DNA of 64,000 bases. Source: a virus. Of this stretch, positions 20,442-30,664 are shown in pieces; the first letter of the stretch is position 1, and each line of letters begins with the position of its first letter. The stretch is from IMG/VR virus record IMGVR_UViG_3300021605_000004, positions 2,689 to 66,688 of that record; one strand, written 5' to 3'. The position numbers and the translations under genes were made by a program. The notes below the pieces were generated by a model that was not told the DNA's origin, did no database searches, and saw only the letters and a list, made by a program, of their open reading frames with translations.

Positions 20442-22866
20442 TGCCTTTGGGCTTTAACTTACCGCTCTTAACCGCATTATGTATATGGACACCTTTTAAG
20501 TCCTCATGCGAATACTCTTTGCCGTTCTCGCCTACATACATCTGCTGCATGTTCTTCATGGCCTGCACAGACTGATCTTTATCCTTGCGCATAGTCTCCT
20601 GTGCCATGGTGTTGGTGACGAGTCCTTTGTTTGTCTCCTGAATCTGAGCCATTTTATTCTGATGAGCCAACTGGTCGGCTTGCATCTTGGCCTGATTTGA
20701 CACTTGAGCGTCCTGCTGATTAAGCTGACTCTGCTGCTGCATCATCGCCTGTTTATCTTTGGACGAACGTTCTTCCTGGCGCTTTCTGGCTTTCTCCATG
20801 TAATACGATACCGTCTTAACGGGCGTATCGCTCATTATCATCTGCATGATCACGTTGCCGTCGGCAGTTGATATTTCACGGCCACTACCGGGGACAGGAG
20901 TGGTAGCTTGCTGAAGTTGCTGTAATAGCCACTGCTTCTCTGCGTCGTTTGGCCTTGGTGTAAGCGTTATGCCATACTCGCACTCGTCACGGGTGGCTGT
21001 GATAATAGCCTGTACGCCATATTTGCCGATTACTTCTTTATAGGCATCCCGGCTATATTTATTCCCTCTAATTAATATGGTGGTCCACCGTACAAGGTTC
21101 TCGGCCACGCCTTGCTTCATCCGCATACCTCCGTCCACGATAGGACGCAGAACGTTTGAGGTAGCGTTCATAGCCATCTGCGTTGTAGTAACCGGAGCGT
21201 TCGGATCAGGACTCTGGCCAAGAGACATAGGATTCAACCCAGTGATGTACTCAACCAGGTCGATGTTCATTTTCATTGCGTTCTGAATCTCCGTAAACAT
21301 GGACCCCATGCCGCCGTCCATCTCCTCGATAGGCCGGTTCTGGTTAGGCATACCAGCCGCATTGACGCGCCTGAAAAGTAATTTGTTTGTCGCTAAGAAC
21401 CGCCTGAAGGCTTTTTTAGCTGCCACGTTCGGACCTTCTTTATGCGAGTCCACGGTAGCCATCATGTCAACGTCAAGGAACTGTATCTTACCTTGGGAGT
21501 TGCGCAGTAGTTCTTTATATTTTTCCCATAAATTTTGAAAATTGTTTAGGATCGGAACCAACTGCTCCATTTTACTCTTGCCTGGAAGCACAATCCATTT
21601 ATAGGTGAGTTCAGTGTCGTTCTTGGACGGGTAGGTTACATCATAAGCCGGACCGTACTCAAAAATATCATCCGTTCCGATAACCCACTTGCACTGAAAA
21701 CGCATACGGGTATCACTGAACCGAACCACTTTATCACTGGCCACCTTTTTATTTAAAGGCACTTCCTTAATCATCTCGCGGCCGTACTTATTCTTGGAGA
21801 TAACTTCTTTTGTAGTGTCAATGTCTATCCACTCACAGTTGAAGATGCAGACCTTATACGCGTCATATCCCCAGCCTTCCCCCTGCTGAATGTTATATTT
21901 GTCGAAGAAGTCAACCCTTGGATTGCCAAATTTACCGGCATAGGCTTTAGCGGCCTTACGGAAAAAGTCTTCGTCCTTATCCGGGAAATATTGACGCAAG
22001 GTTGAGATTGACATTAATGAAAAGTGCCATCCCCGTTCACTGTCGCGGCAGTCCACAAAGTCACTGCGCTGCACGTCACCAACAGTCGGTGAAATATATG
22101 TCGGCTTTACTTTGCCATCCTCCGGGTCGTATTGGTTTTGAATACAAGCCTTATTGCCAATGAGTAAATCCCGGTAGAACATCATTTTTACGTCCGGACT
22201 CCAGTGCGATATGTCAAATGAATGCTTTACAATCTGCTCAATGTACCGCAGATGCGCTGGCATAAATTCTTCGCTGTTCTGGTCCATGTCCTCCTGTGTC
22301 TCAGGTAGGTTCTCAGGGATCGGGAACTCAACACCGGCTATAGCCGCTGCCATTTTTATCTTTTCTGCGTTACGTGCTATCGCCCAACGTTCCCATTTTG
22401 CGTCCTCAACCTCATGGATGGTATTATAATCCAGTGGGTCGGCGCTGATCTCATAGTCAATCTTGGCAAACGTTCCAAGCAGTGCCTCCATAATCTTTGG
22501 AGCCGGTGACAAGATATCCCAAACGTCGTGATTAGGGTTTATGGACAAGATATCTGAGTTGCGCTCCTCGGCCGGGTATTCAATCGGATTGCCGTTAATG
22601 TCAAGGATTGAGCCGCTTTTTTCTACCTGTTGTGATTTTGATGGTGATGGTTGCCTGCCTTCGGAAAATAACCTCAGTATTTCAAACCGTGTTGCACCAT
22701 CCCATCCAATCGTTGACGTGCCATTAAGGTAGGACGAATAAAATGCTCTGGCGTTCTGTAAATAATAGGCTTTGTCTCTCAAAGCGGGATTTCGTTCCTG
22801 CAATACGAGATAGGCCGACGTGTCAAAACCTGGGTAACTAATCATGCGGTAATCACTTTCAGGCAA
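20434..22866 (-). CDS. Portal protein, crAss-like size
   Basis: 810 aa directly after TerL; YITGLN..SLGQSP, QMAMNATS and a Gln-rich C-terminal helix. Confidence 0.8.
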   Translation of the reverse strand: MPESDYRMISYPGFDTSAYLVLQERNPALRDKAYYLQNARAFYSSYLNGTSTIGWDGATRFEILRLFSEGRQPSPSKSQQVEKSGSILDINGNPIEYPAEERNSDILSINPNHDVWDILSPAPKIMEALLGTFAKIDYEISADPLDYNTIHEVEDAKWERWAIARNAEKIKMAAAIAGVEFPIPENLPETQEDMDQNSEEFMPAHLRYIEQIVKHSFDISHWSPDVKMMFYRDLLIGNKACIQNQYDPEDGKVKPTYISPTVGDVQRSDFVDCRDSERGWHFSLMSISTLRQYFPDKDEDFFRKAAKAYAGKFGNPRVDFFDKYNIQQGEGWGYDAYKVCIFNCEWIDIDTTKEVISKNKYGREMIKEVPLNKKVASDKVVRFSDTRMRFQCKWVIGTDDIFEYGPAYDVTYPSKNDTELTYKWIVLPGKSKMEQLVPILNNFQNLWEKYKELLRNSQGKIQFLDVDMMATVDSHKEGPNVAAKKAFRRFLATNKLLFRRVNAAGMPNQNRPIEEMDGGMGSMFTEIQNAMKMNIDLVEYITGLNPMSLGQSPDPNAPVTTTQMAMNATSNVLRPIVDGGMRMKQGVAENLVRWTTILIRGNKYSRDAYKEVIGKYGVQAIITATRDECEYGITLTPRPNDAEKQWLLQQLQQATTPVPGSGREISTADGNVIMQMIMSDTPVKTVSYYMEKARKRQEERSSKDKQAMMQQQSQLNQQDAQVSNQAKMQADQLAHQNKMAQIQETNKGLVTNTMAQETMRKDKDQSVQAMKNMQQMYVGENGKEYSHEDLKGVHIHNAVKSGKLKPKGNG

Positions 22867-22905
22867 ATATATAGTTTGAGGATAGGTTTTTCAATGAGTG
22901 GGGGA

Positions 22906-25200
22906 TTAGCCTTCATATCCTGGTATCCATCCCGTAACATCAATAGTTGCATTGGCACCTTTAACGAAATTGTAAAACGGATTCTTTTTGGCAATTAACG
23001 TTCCCAGCTTGGAAGCAATCAAGTCAAGATCGGTAATGTAACTGCGGCCTCCAAACTCAAGATATTCCTGTAATAAATTAAGGTGATAACACCTTTTGAC
23101 ATTTACCGCAACATCATCCTGTAGCCACCGGATAGCGGCCTCAACAATACCGGACTGATTATACCAACCTGGTTCCGGCTTGGCTTTACCAGTAACGCGG
23201 TCATGGTTCGATAACAGATATCCACCGTAACCCATTCGTCTGAAATACTCAGCGATGTTAGGCTTATTGGACTCCGGGAAACACATTGCTCCGCAGTAAA
23301 CATGCGCCATAAGCATATCGTTTTGATATCCTTCAAGCGTGTCCGGCCGGAAACTGTACGTTAAAATATCCCTGTCGGACTCAACCTGGTCTTGCTCTTT
23401 TTCCAATGGATCATTTATCACATCACGCAGCCATGTTATAATCAGTCCGCCTTTTGATGCACGTCCTGAAGGTGTATTGATACCAAACGTGTCAGGGCTT
23501 CCAACAAACGTAGTCATGTCGGCAGGATACCACATGCCATCTCTGAACACGCGCTTATTGGTTTCGTTCTGTTTGAATTTGCGCGATAAATAAAACCGTC
23601 CATCCGTCGGGTTTTCCATCCATCCTACCTCGCTACCAAAACCATTCTTCCAGTAAAAGTCTCCACGAATGGCCTGATACTGTTTATTGGTTTGTAAGAA
23701 TTGTATCTGTTCTTCGATTAAATCACGCCTAAGTACTTGGTTTGCAGGCGGTGGCGTAAATATATCAATATAGCACTGCGGATGCTGACGACGGAATAAT
23801 GCCAATCCGTACCAATCTTTTGCCCTTCGGAACGCGGCAATTTTATTCTCAATAAACTGTCTCGCGCCATAATCTTTTCCGATATACATGGCCTGTTCCG
23901 GAGTGGGCTTCTCAATAACTGATTCTCCGTAGGGTCCAATGTAATCCTGCAATCCATCCTCCGCCCTGAAATAAATATCCACAAAGCCAGATTCGGTCTG
24001 TCCGTTTGCGTCACGTTTTTCAAAGTGTGATCGGTTGCAGAATTTCATGTAATTTTCACCGGCGGATGCCTCTGATATTTCATCGCAAGTGGTCGTTATT
24101 GCACCAATCCCATGTATTTTACTACCGGCACCAAGCGAAAGGCAGAACTTTACAACACCAACAACGTCATTAATATCGTTACGCTGCATTTTTCCACCTT
24201 CATCGCAATGGTAGGCTGAGAGAAATTTCCCATCATACTTCGCTTTGTCTGAACTGGTCGCAAAGTCCACCATGGAGTGAAGGCCAAACTCAACGTCGTC
24301 AAAGTCATCGAACATCATTGAGTTCTTGGGTGCAATGCCACCAGCAGCATCCCATACGGGCTTCCAGAATAGGGGTAAACGGATAAAGGGGTGCGCAAAA
24401 TGCTCCTGGAACACGGTTGTAGCGTTCTCATCGCTCATTCCCTGAATACCAATTTTACAGGCCGATGTTCGGGTTACAAGTTCCGTAAAGACACACTCGA
24501 TTCTTGACGTATCGCCAACACGACGGCTTTTTGGGAAATTGGCACCGAAAATAGTACGCTTGCCGGTGTCAACCATTTCGTAAACACCATATTCATTTTT
24601 TACTGGCAGTCCGGTTTTTTCGTCAATGTCCTTAAATGTAGTGGTCGTCAGTTCGCAATATTTCAAACCGATACTCCACCTCCTGTCGCGATCCCTATAC
24701 TCCGGAAGGATATTATTGTTCAAATACCAAAAATTCAGAAAAAACCAGTAATGTCCGGGTATGTAAGTGTGCTTTCCGTTACAGAAAAAGTGCTTCCCGA
24801 ATAACCTGTAATACCACATGGTTTTCAGCCATGCTATTTCAGTCTCGTATTTCTGTTGGTTTTCTTCCAGTTGCTCCCAGAAAAGTTCAATTACTTTAAG
24901 CTCTCGCCTCACCGGTGACAGCTCCCTGGCTTTGCCTTTCGGCTTTAACTCTGTCCGGATGGATCTTTCAAGTTCAATAAGTCCTTGCGGTATGACTTCA
25001 CGTTGAAACTTCTGTTGTTCCGGTGGCAGTCCGTGTCCTTCAACAAATTCAAAGTCCGGAAAATCTTGTGGTTCTTCTAAACTAAAATGCCGGTACGTTC
25101 TCTGAATAAGGTCAAGCTGATCAATCTCAATAGGGAATAGGTTTGGATCGCCTTGATTCAGGTAAACAAATCGGTCTATGGCTTCGTATTTATACTTCAT
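22906..25200 (-). CDS. terL: Terminase large subunit
   Basis: YIPGHYWFFL, YRDRDR, Walker A-like KSRRVGDT, Walker B DEGGK, nuclease domain with GSPDT and ESNKP. Confidence 0.85.
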   Translation of the reverse strand: MKYKYEAIDRFVYLNQGDPNLFPIEIDQLDLIQRTYRHFSLEEPQDFPDFEFVEGHGLPPEQQKFQREVIPQGLIELERSIRTELKPKGKARELSPVRRELKVIELFWEQLEENQQKYETEIAWLKTMWYYRLFGKHFFCNGKHTYIPGHYWFFLNFWYLNNNILPEYRDRDRRWSIGLKYCELTTTTFKDIDEKTGLPVKNEYGVYEMVDTGKRTIFGANFPKSRRVGDTSRIECVFTELVTRTSACKIGIQGMSDENATTVFQEHFAHPFIRLPLFWKPVWDAAGGIAPKNSMMFDDFDDVEFGLHSMVDFATSSDKAKYDGKFLSAYHCDEGGKMQRNDINDVVGVVKFCLSLGAGSKIHGIGAITTTCDEISEASAGENYMKFCNRSHFEKRDANGQTESGFVDIYFRAEDGLQDYIGPYGESVIEKPTPEQAMYIGKDYGARQFIENKIAAFRRAKDWYGLALFRRQHPQCYIDIFTPPPANQVLRRDLIEEQIQFLQTNKQYQAIRGDFYWKNGFGSEVGWMENPTDGRFYLSRKFKQNETNKRVFRDGMWYPADMTTFVGSPDTFGINTPSGRASKGGLIITWLRDVINDPLEKEQDQVESDRDILTYSFRPDTLEGYQNDMLMAHVYCGAMCFPESNKPNIAEYFRRMGYGGYLLSNHDRVTGKAKPEPGWYNQSGIVEAAIRWLQDDVAVNVKRCYHLNLLQEYLEFGGRSYITDLDLIASKLGTLIAKKNPFYNFVKGANATIDVTGWIPGYEG

Positions 25201-25844
25201 ACCTTTGGCGGACGGCCTCTGCGCGGTTTGTTACCGTAATACGGATCGTTGATATTTAACTGCTTCTTCTCTATCGCCTCGGCCATATGTTCGGGGCGCA
25301 AATTCAACTTCATGCGCTCTGCCAGGACGTACAAAGCACTGCGGACGTTTATGGTTTCTTCGTCCGTAAAGATTTTACGTTCCAGCTCCTGTATCTGCTT
25401 CCTTGCCACTTCAGCATTGGCCATGGCTTCTTTCTTGCCCTTACTGTCTGCGGCGCCCATGGCCACCTGAAATTCTGAGAAGAATATCTCACGGTACATG
25501 ACAAAGGCCGGGAGGTCTGCGATATTGAATTTGGTTACGAAGGCGACTATGGCCGCATTGTACTGGTCATTGTGGCCGATAATACAGTCCTCTACCCATT
25601 CATCGAACGTTCCCTGTGCGTTCTTCTTGAATCCGGCCAGTAGTGCTGCTTCATGCTTGCGTCGGTTAAAATCGTTCGGAAAGAGTTTTAACAGGTCCGC
25701 GTGAGGGTCATAGGTATAGATTGTGTAAGCAATCAGTTTGTCCTTATCCGGACACTCAAACCGAAACTCAGGGATATCGGCTTCCACCTTGGATGGTGTA
25801 GACGGATCGGTAGGGTTGTATAGATAGCTTGAAAATTTCGCCAT
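25197..25844 (-). CDS. Hypothetical protein, terminase-small-subunit position
   Basis: Overlaps the TerL start; C-terminal AT-hook-like RRGRPPK. Confidence 0.5.
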   Translation of the reverse strand: MAKFSSYLYNPTDPSTPSKVEADIPEFRFECPDKDKLIAYTIYTYDPHADLLKLFPNDFNRRKHEAALLAGFKKNAQGTFDEWVEDCIIGHNDQYNAAIVAFVTKFNIADLPAFVMYREIFFSEFQVAMGAADSKGKKEAMANAEVARKQIQELERKIFTDEETINVRSALYVLAERMKLNLRPEHMAEAIEKKQLNINDPYYGNKPRRGRPPKV

Positions 25845-25857
25845 GGCTTATCATTTA

Positions 25858-25888
25858 AAAAGAAAAGGGCGGTTCCGAAGAACCACCC
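25858..25888 (-). terminator. Intrinsic terminator with UUCG loop
   Basis: GGGTGGTTC-TTCG-GAACCGCCC-TTTTCTTTT on the minus strand. Confidence 0.8.
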
Positions 25889-25980
25889 AGATCACAAACC
25901 AGCAAAACAAGCATCGGTAAAAGTAATGCTTGAATGAAGGTTAATCAATTTGTATAAATTGCTTGTTTTGTGCATGTTGG

Positions 25981-26808
25981 TTATTCCATTACCGATAAGA
26001 TATTGCTTCGTCTGGTGACAATCATATCGGCGTCTTTATTGAAAAATTTATTCCCCGGTTCGAGCCTTCTGTTACATCTCCACTTGAACATGATAATATC
26101 GTCCTTCTGAATCTCAGGATGGTCGTACATGTCTTCGAACAGGTACTCCACCGGATCCCCGATATAGCGGATAATCCCTATCCGGTCGTTGAACTGCTTG
26201 TTTTTAATCAAGTCAGGAACAATCATGCCGATCTTTTCAAGGCGTTTCATCCAGTCTTCTGATTCCACGAATAGTTCCGCCAGTACCCACCCGTTAAGCA
26301 TCTTCACGTCGTCACCGGATTTCTTCAGGTAGATGTCGTCATACTTAACAAGGTAGTAGTCCTGATTCTCGCAGTTCAGCTTCATGCCCTTGCCCTCGGA
26401 GTTCATCAGCACCGATGAGTTTACCCATACGATATCGTTAGGCTTGAGTTCGCATTTCGTCTTCCAAAGCATTGAGCCGGGGATAGGAACTTCAATCAAT
26501 GTCGTCTCGGAATACATCGCTTGCTTGCGCGCCTGTATGAGATACCGCTTGACTTCGGGTGGTACGTCCAGTTCTTCAACCGTCTCACGGTACACTTTGC
26601 GCTTACCGAAGATGAGTTTCCGTGGCACCGATATAACCTGGCATACGATAGGCTGAGTCTTAGTCTGGTCGTATGCCTTGCCGTCCTTGAGCGATATCGG
26701 AGCGTGTAGTTCCAACGTACCGTGACTGATCATGTCAGTCTTAACGGCTGGCTTTAACAATACAAGGTTGTTGGCCGGATGGTAGGATTGCAGTTCGGCC
26801 AGTGTCAT
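25981..26808 (-). CDS. Protein with two GroES-like domains
   Basis: HPANNLVLLKP...ELKPNDIVWV...YYLVKYDDI, then MLNGWVLAE...GIIRYIG...IQKDDIIMF...TRRSNILSV. Confidence 0.6.
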   Translation of the reverse strand: MTLAELQSYHPANNLVLLKPAVKTDMISHGTLELHAPISLKDGKAYDQTKTQPIVCQVISVPRKLIFGKRKVYRETVEELDVPPEVKRYLIQARKQAMYSETTLIEVPIPGSMLWKTKCELKPNDIVWVNSSVLMNSEGKGMKLNCENQDYYLVKYDDIYLKKSGDDVKMLNGWVLAELFVESEDWMKRLEKIGMIVPDLIKNKQFNDRIGIIRYIGDPVEYLFEDMYDHPEIQKDDIIMFKWRCNRRLEPGNKFFNKDADMIVTRRSNILSVME

Positions 26809-27095
26809 TCGAAAATCACTTCAGCGTAAGACAATATGAGGTACTTGGCTGTGTGGCCGTCCTCTGTTTCTTCCTCGTATGGCATACCGCTACCGGCCTT
26901 AAAGCCGATGCGCTGCTTGACGTGAATGTTCTCCATACGGTTCCATGGAGTGCCGGTGCCTTTCTTGGCCACTACACCAAAGCGGGTAGGATGTGATTTT
27001 TTTAGTGCTACTTCCGGGATGATAATTCCACCGGCTGATTTTTCTTCGGTGAGTTCTGGCAGTACCATTACTTTTTCACCAAGGAGGACTTTCAT
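26805..27095 (-). CDS. groES: Co-chaperonin GroES (Cpn10)-like; start revised to MKVLLG
   Basis: LGEKVMV, mobile loop EEKSAGGIIIPE, GVVAKKGTG, KYLILS; ATGA overlap with the upstream gene. Confidence 0.85.
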   Translation of the reverse strand: MKVLLGEKVMVLPELTEEKSAGGIIIPEVALKKSHPTRFGVVAKKGTGTPWNRMENIHVKQRIGFKAGSGMPYEEETEDGHTAKYLILSYAEVIFE

Positions 27096-27400
27096 TCGCA
27101 TACAGATACAGATTGAGATGTTGATGAAACATGAACAACTAATCTTCCGGTAGGACTGGCCTTCCACTTGATAGAACCTAATTCCCACACAAAGTCACCA
27201 CGTTCTGTAATGGTTTCAGGTTTCACTTCTTCGAACCAGTCCGGGTACTTCAACATATCAACTTCATACAAAGCTGATTCACCTATTTCAAAAACAGGCC
27301 ATTTAAAGACGCCACAATCGCGAACCTGTTCAAGAATTGTTCCTGCCTTAACGTGCATGAATGGAGATACCCAATCTTTCAGTAATCTGTATTTTTTCAT
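27092..27400 (-). CDS. Hypothetical phage protein
   Basis: MKKYRLLKD...KAGTI...PDWFEEV pattern. Confidence 0.6.
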   Translation of the reverse strand: MKKYRLLKDWVSPFMHVKAGTILEQVRDCGVFKWPVFEIGESALYEVDMLKYPDWFEEVKPETITERGDFVWELGSIKWKASPTGRLVVHVSSTSQSVSVCE

Positions 27401-27520
27401 TGCCTTGCTGTTTTATAGCCGCAATATAATACGAAATATTGGAATATCAGATATTGTTAGCAAAATTAATTTGGTAAATCTTATATTGTGTGGTATATTG
27501 CACACTCAAAACAAGCAGAT

Positions 27521-27913
27521 ATGGTTACGATTAAGGTTACTTTTGAAAACGGCGAAGGGTGCGCTGAGTTCATTAAGATGTTAGGTGCAGACGTGACGGT
27601 TGAGTGTACGGTATGCAAGGCCAACCTGAAACCAAACACCACTCAGGCCGACATAGACGGCGCCATTCGTAAAGAAAGACTCAGAAACTTTACACAAGCG
27701 GCATTTGAGGAAGAACCGGTGGAAGAAGCCCCGATCCCGCTTGAGTTCGTGCAGCCACAAGCGCCTGTAGTGAATAAGGCCACCAAGTCTGACAGGGAAG
27801 TAGCCGCCAGTCAATATCTGCGTGACAAGAAACTGCGAGAGAAACTGGAGAAGATTAAAATGAACGATCCATCGCCAATCAAGGAACCGAAATTACACCG
27901 CGACTTACTTTAA
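27521..27913 (+). CDS. Hypothetical protein; start revised to MVTIKV
   Basis: First gene of a small divergent + strand operon. Confidence 0.55.
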   Translation: MVTIKVTFENGEGCAEFIKMLGADVTVECTVCKANLKPNTTQADIDGAIRKERLRNFTQAAFEEEPVEEAPIPLEFVQPQAPVVNKATKSDREVAASQYLRDKKLREKLEKIKMNDPSPIKEPKLHRDLL

Positions 27914-27925
27914 ACCATAACCCAT

Positions 27926-28225
27926 ATGACAAACCAGGAAATTAAAGAAAAAGCCTTCAACGCACTGCGTGAGATAGCTGTGAGAGCCGACACATCGGTA
28001 CGTGCCATACAGGAACTGGCCACCAAGACATTGTATGACGACGTTAAATTCTTACAAAGCGTCAATGACCTGCGCAATCAGGAGATACAGCGCGAACAGT
28101 TAAAGCTGATGAAGCTCCAGACTGAGAACGAGATCATGCAAGGACAGTGCCTTCGGTTCAAGCTCAAACGCATGATCTGGATAAGAACTAAATTAGGTAT
28201 CATCAAAAAAGAACAATCACAATGA
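27926..28225 (+). CDS. Hypothetical coiled-coil protein
   Basis: ORF in the operon. Confidence 0.6.
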   Translation: MTNQEIKEKAFNALREIAVRADTSVRAIQELATKTLYDDVKFLQSVNDLRNQEIQREQLKLMKLQTENEIMQGQCLRFKLKRMIWIRTKLGIIKKEQSQ

Positions 28226-28527
28226 ACGTAAAAGCAGAATTTGAGAAATTACAGGCCATTGCCGACTCCGGAAAGTTCAGTTATAAAGGTATCGTGTTTA
28301 ATACCGTTGACAGACTCGACAAGGACAACGAGCAGCTTAAAGGAAGGCCGCTGATGCGCTTAACCGGTGTGGACTCACATGGCACAGAAATTCGCGTCTG
28401 GTCACATGATGTAACTGCTGTGGCTAAGACAGTGCATGAGGAAATTGCAGAAATGGTTGCTGAAGTAGGAGTACCAGAAGAAACTGTCCGTAAAGGAAAG
28501 AAGAAGAAGTCTGTTCCTCATAGCTGA
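28222..28527 (+). CDS. Hypothetical protein
   Basis: Coupled ORF. Confidence 0.6.
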   Translation: MNVKAEFEKLQAIADSGKFSYKGIVFNTVDRLDKDNEQLKGRPLMRLTGVDSHGTEIRVWSHDVTAVAKTVHEEIAEMVAEVGVPEETVRKGKKKKSVPHS

Positions 28528-28546
28528 CAAGGGTGGTAACCTTGGG

Positions 28547-28573
28547 AAAGCGGTGGTTTACACCGCTTTTTTT
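28547..28573 (+). terminator. Terminator between convergent operons
   Basis: AAAGCGGTG-GTTTA-CACCGCTTT followed by a T run. Confidence 0.7.
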
Positions 28574-28971
28574 ATGGCTTGTTCAATCTGGTCTTTATTC
28601 TCCATGACATAAAGCATCGCCTCTGTCATCATTTTTACCGTAACATCAAAGTCATGGCAGACTCCGAATTTCCTTGCGATACTTACTGAGCGTGAGGTAA
28701 GCTCATCCCTTGTCACATCTGCGATATGCTGCCGTTCCACTATCGACTCGTCAAATCCTTCACGCTTGACAAGGCTGTAGCTCGGATGAATACCCGACAC
28801 CACCAGTTCTATCCCGACTTGTTGCGGTCCCTGGCATTCATCGAACAGGTTTTCGAACACCTCACGCTTCGATACGATACGATTTGATGCGTCAACGATA
28901 CTGTGCTGCTGCAAGCGGAGCGAGAAACTACCCCACAAATCACGGGATAACTGAGAACTTTTAAATAGCAT
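28558..28971 (-). CDS. Hypothetical protein
   Basis: 137-aa ORF. Confidence 0.55.
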   Translation of the reverse strand: MLFKSSQLSRDLWGSFSLRLQQHSIVDASNRIVSKREVFENLFDECQGPQQVGIELVVSGIHPSYSLVKREGFDESIVERQHIADVTRDELTSRSVSIARKFGVCHDFDVTVKMMTEAMLYVMENKDQIEQAIKKAV

Positions 28972-29191
28972 CTTGTTTATGGATTAAAAATTCATACAAC
29001 TGTTCGGTAGTCTTAACGTCTTTCAGTTCATAGTCCATCTCACTGAGCATCGGGTTCCATGTTCCTGCCATCATTTTATAGTACCAGTGGTGGATATATC
29101 CGCAGCGGCAAAGCGCCCTATCAAGCTCATCAATAGCTTCGGGCGTGGGATCTTGTAAAACAGAAATAAAATTGCCCTTAGTGATCTGCAT
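28961..29191 (-). CDS. Hypothetical protein
   Basis: Preceded by a TATATTTG promoter at 29196-29203. Confidence 0.55.
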   Translation of the reverse strand: MQITKGNFISVLQDPTPEAIDELDRALCRCGYIHHWYYKMMAGTWNPMLSEMDYELKDVKTTEQLYEFLIHKQDAI

Positions 29192-29242
29192 AATGCAAAT
29201 ATAAGGGCAATATATGAAATTCCAATAATTATTTTGCTAACA

Positions 29243-29578
29243 CTATGATATCATCGAAAGTGCTTGTACTGCCAATACTTTAGCCTCAACCCTGAAAGCC
29301 ATGAATTCAACCATTTCGGTTTCATGGGCCGGGGTATCGTTGCCGTTGTGGATGATCGCTAATTCATCGTCAGATGAATACTTGCTTCGGATAATGGCTG
29401 AAACGATTTCGCCTTTGGTTGGCTGGTCTGATACCTTCACCTGGTCGTATTCAAAGGCTGTCTTTTCAGGTTGCCCCGGCATCACGGGAACATTTACAAC
29501 CTGTTCGTTGAAGTTGATCAATCCACCGCCCTGAAGTTTCACGGCGAGAGGTAATTTATTGTCTGATTGTGTTTTCAT
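29243..29578 (-). CDS. Hypothetical protein coupled to the DGR RT; not Avd-like
   Basis: TAATG overlap with the RT stop; acidic, IVSAIIRSKYSSDDELAII. Confidence 0.65.
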   Translation of the reverse strand: MKTQSDNKLPLAVKLQGGGLINFNEQVVNVPVMPGQPEKTAFEYDQVKVSDQPTKGEIVSAIIRSKYSSDDELAIIHNGNDTPAHETEMVEFMAFRVEAKVLAVQALSMIS

Positions 29579-30564
29579 TATGCTGCTATTTTAAGTTCAA
29601 ATAATGGTAAATACTTATTCCATAAAATCTTGCTGTCGGACACTTTAACCCATCCGTAATAACTCATGATCACAGACCGCTTGTTCCTGATCCGGTCAAT
29701 CATGGCAACCCTCTTTTTGAATGCTTTTGCGATTGACTTTCTCATGTATGTCTTGCAATGATCGAATTTGAAGCCGAGAAAATCAACCCGTCGTTTGCGG
29801 ACAGGAAATACCTGATAATTCTTTTTGAGAAAAAGCCTGAGTTTGCTTTCAAGGTAATACTCGATCTTGACCAACAAATACTGCAAATAATCTTTATCCT
29901 GATGAAGAATAACCATGTCGTCACAGTAGCGAAAGAAATTTTTGATCTTCATTTTTTCCTTTAACCAATGATCTGCATAGGCTAAGTAAAGGTTTCCGAA
30001 ATACTGAGACAGGTAATTTCCGATAGGAATTCCTTTTACTGAATCTATGATTTCATCCAAAAGCCAAAGACAATCCTTGCATTTGATTTTCTTGCGAATG
30101 ATCTGTTTCAGAATCGCATTGTTGACAGAAGGGTAAAATTTCCTTACGTCGATTTTGAGACAAAACATTTTCCTGCTGTTACGCAAAACGTTTTCTACTC
30201 TCACCTTACAGGAATGAACCCCCCGGCCTTTGATCGACTGATACGTGTCACGAATGAGAATTTTCTTCCAAATCGGTTCTAAGATTTGCAGGATTGCATG
30301 ATGCAGGATTCTGTCAGGGAAATAGGGGAGTTTTGAGATTTCACGTTCTTTCCCTCTTTCGATTTTTTTATAAGTTTTGTACGCTGAGTTTTTGAATGTT
30401 TTTTGTAATAACATTCGTTGCAATCTTTGTAAATAGTAATCCTCATGCCGATCAACTTGCTTCACTTCGCTATAATGGGTCTTCTTCCTGCGGGCTTTCT
30501 GATGCGCAAGTTTCAGATTATTATAGTCTGCGATCTTTTCAAATAAATTACCTACTCTTTTCAT
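29578..30564 (-). CDS. DGR reverse transcriptase
   Basis: GKEREI, PDRILHHAI, KGRGVH, KIDVRKFYPS, GIPIGNYLSQ (DGR-type SQ), YCDD, DFLGF; 328 aa. Confidence 0.96.
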   Translation of the reverse strand: MKRVGNLFEKIADYNNLKLAHQKARRKKTHYSEVKQVDRHEDYYLQRLQRMLLQKTFKNSAYKTYKKIERGKEREISKLPYFPDRILHHAILQILEPIWKKILIRDTYQSIKGRGVHSCKVRVENVLRNSRKMFCLKIDVRKFYPSVNNAILKQIIRKKIKCKDCLWLLDEIIDSVKGIPIGNYLSQYFGNLYLAYADHWLKEKMKIKNFFRYCDDMVILHQDKDYLQYLLVKIEYYLESKLRLFLKKNYQVFPVRKRRVDFLGFKFDHCKTYMRKSIAKAFKKRVAMIDRIRNKRSVIMSYYGWVKVSDSKILWNKYLPLFELKIAA

Positions 30565-30574
30565 TTACTCCTTC

Positions 30575-30664
30575 TTAATTTGTCCAGAACCTTCGGTTGC
30601 CCTACCAGCACTTTAACGGACGTCCATATATTTTGCCAAGAGGCAAGGATATTTAACGCATTCA
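30575..30664 (-). ncRNA. DGR spacer RNA between TR and RT
   Basis: TTGCC-TCTT-GGCAA hairpin at 30633-30646; position 3' of the TR. Confidence 0.55.

Noticed and set aside
29578-30564. Group II intron or retron RT
   Set aside because: Short RT with the SQ signature, adjacent TR/VR pair, no maturase or endonuclease domain
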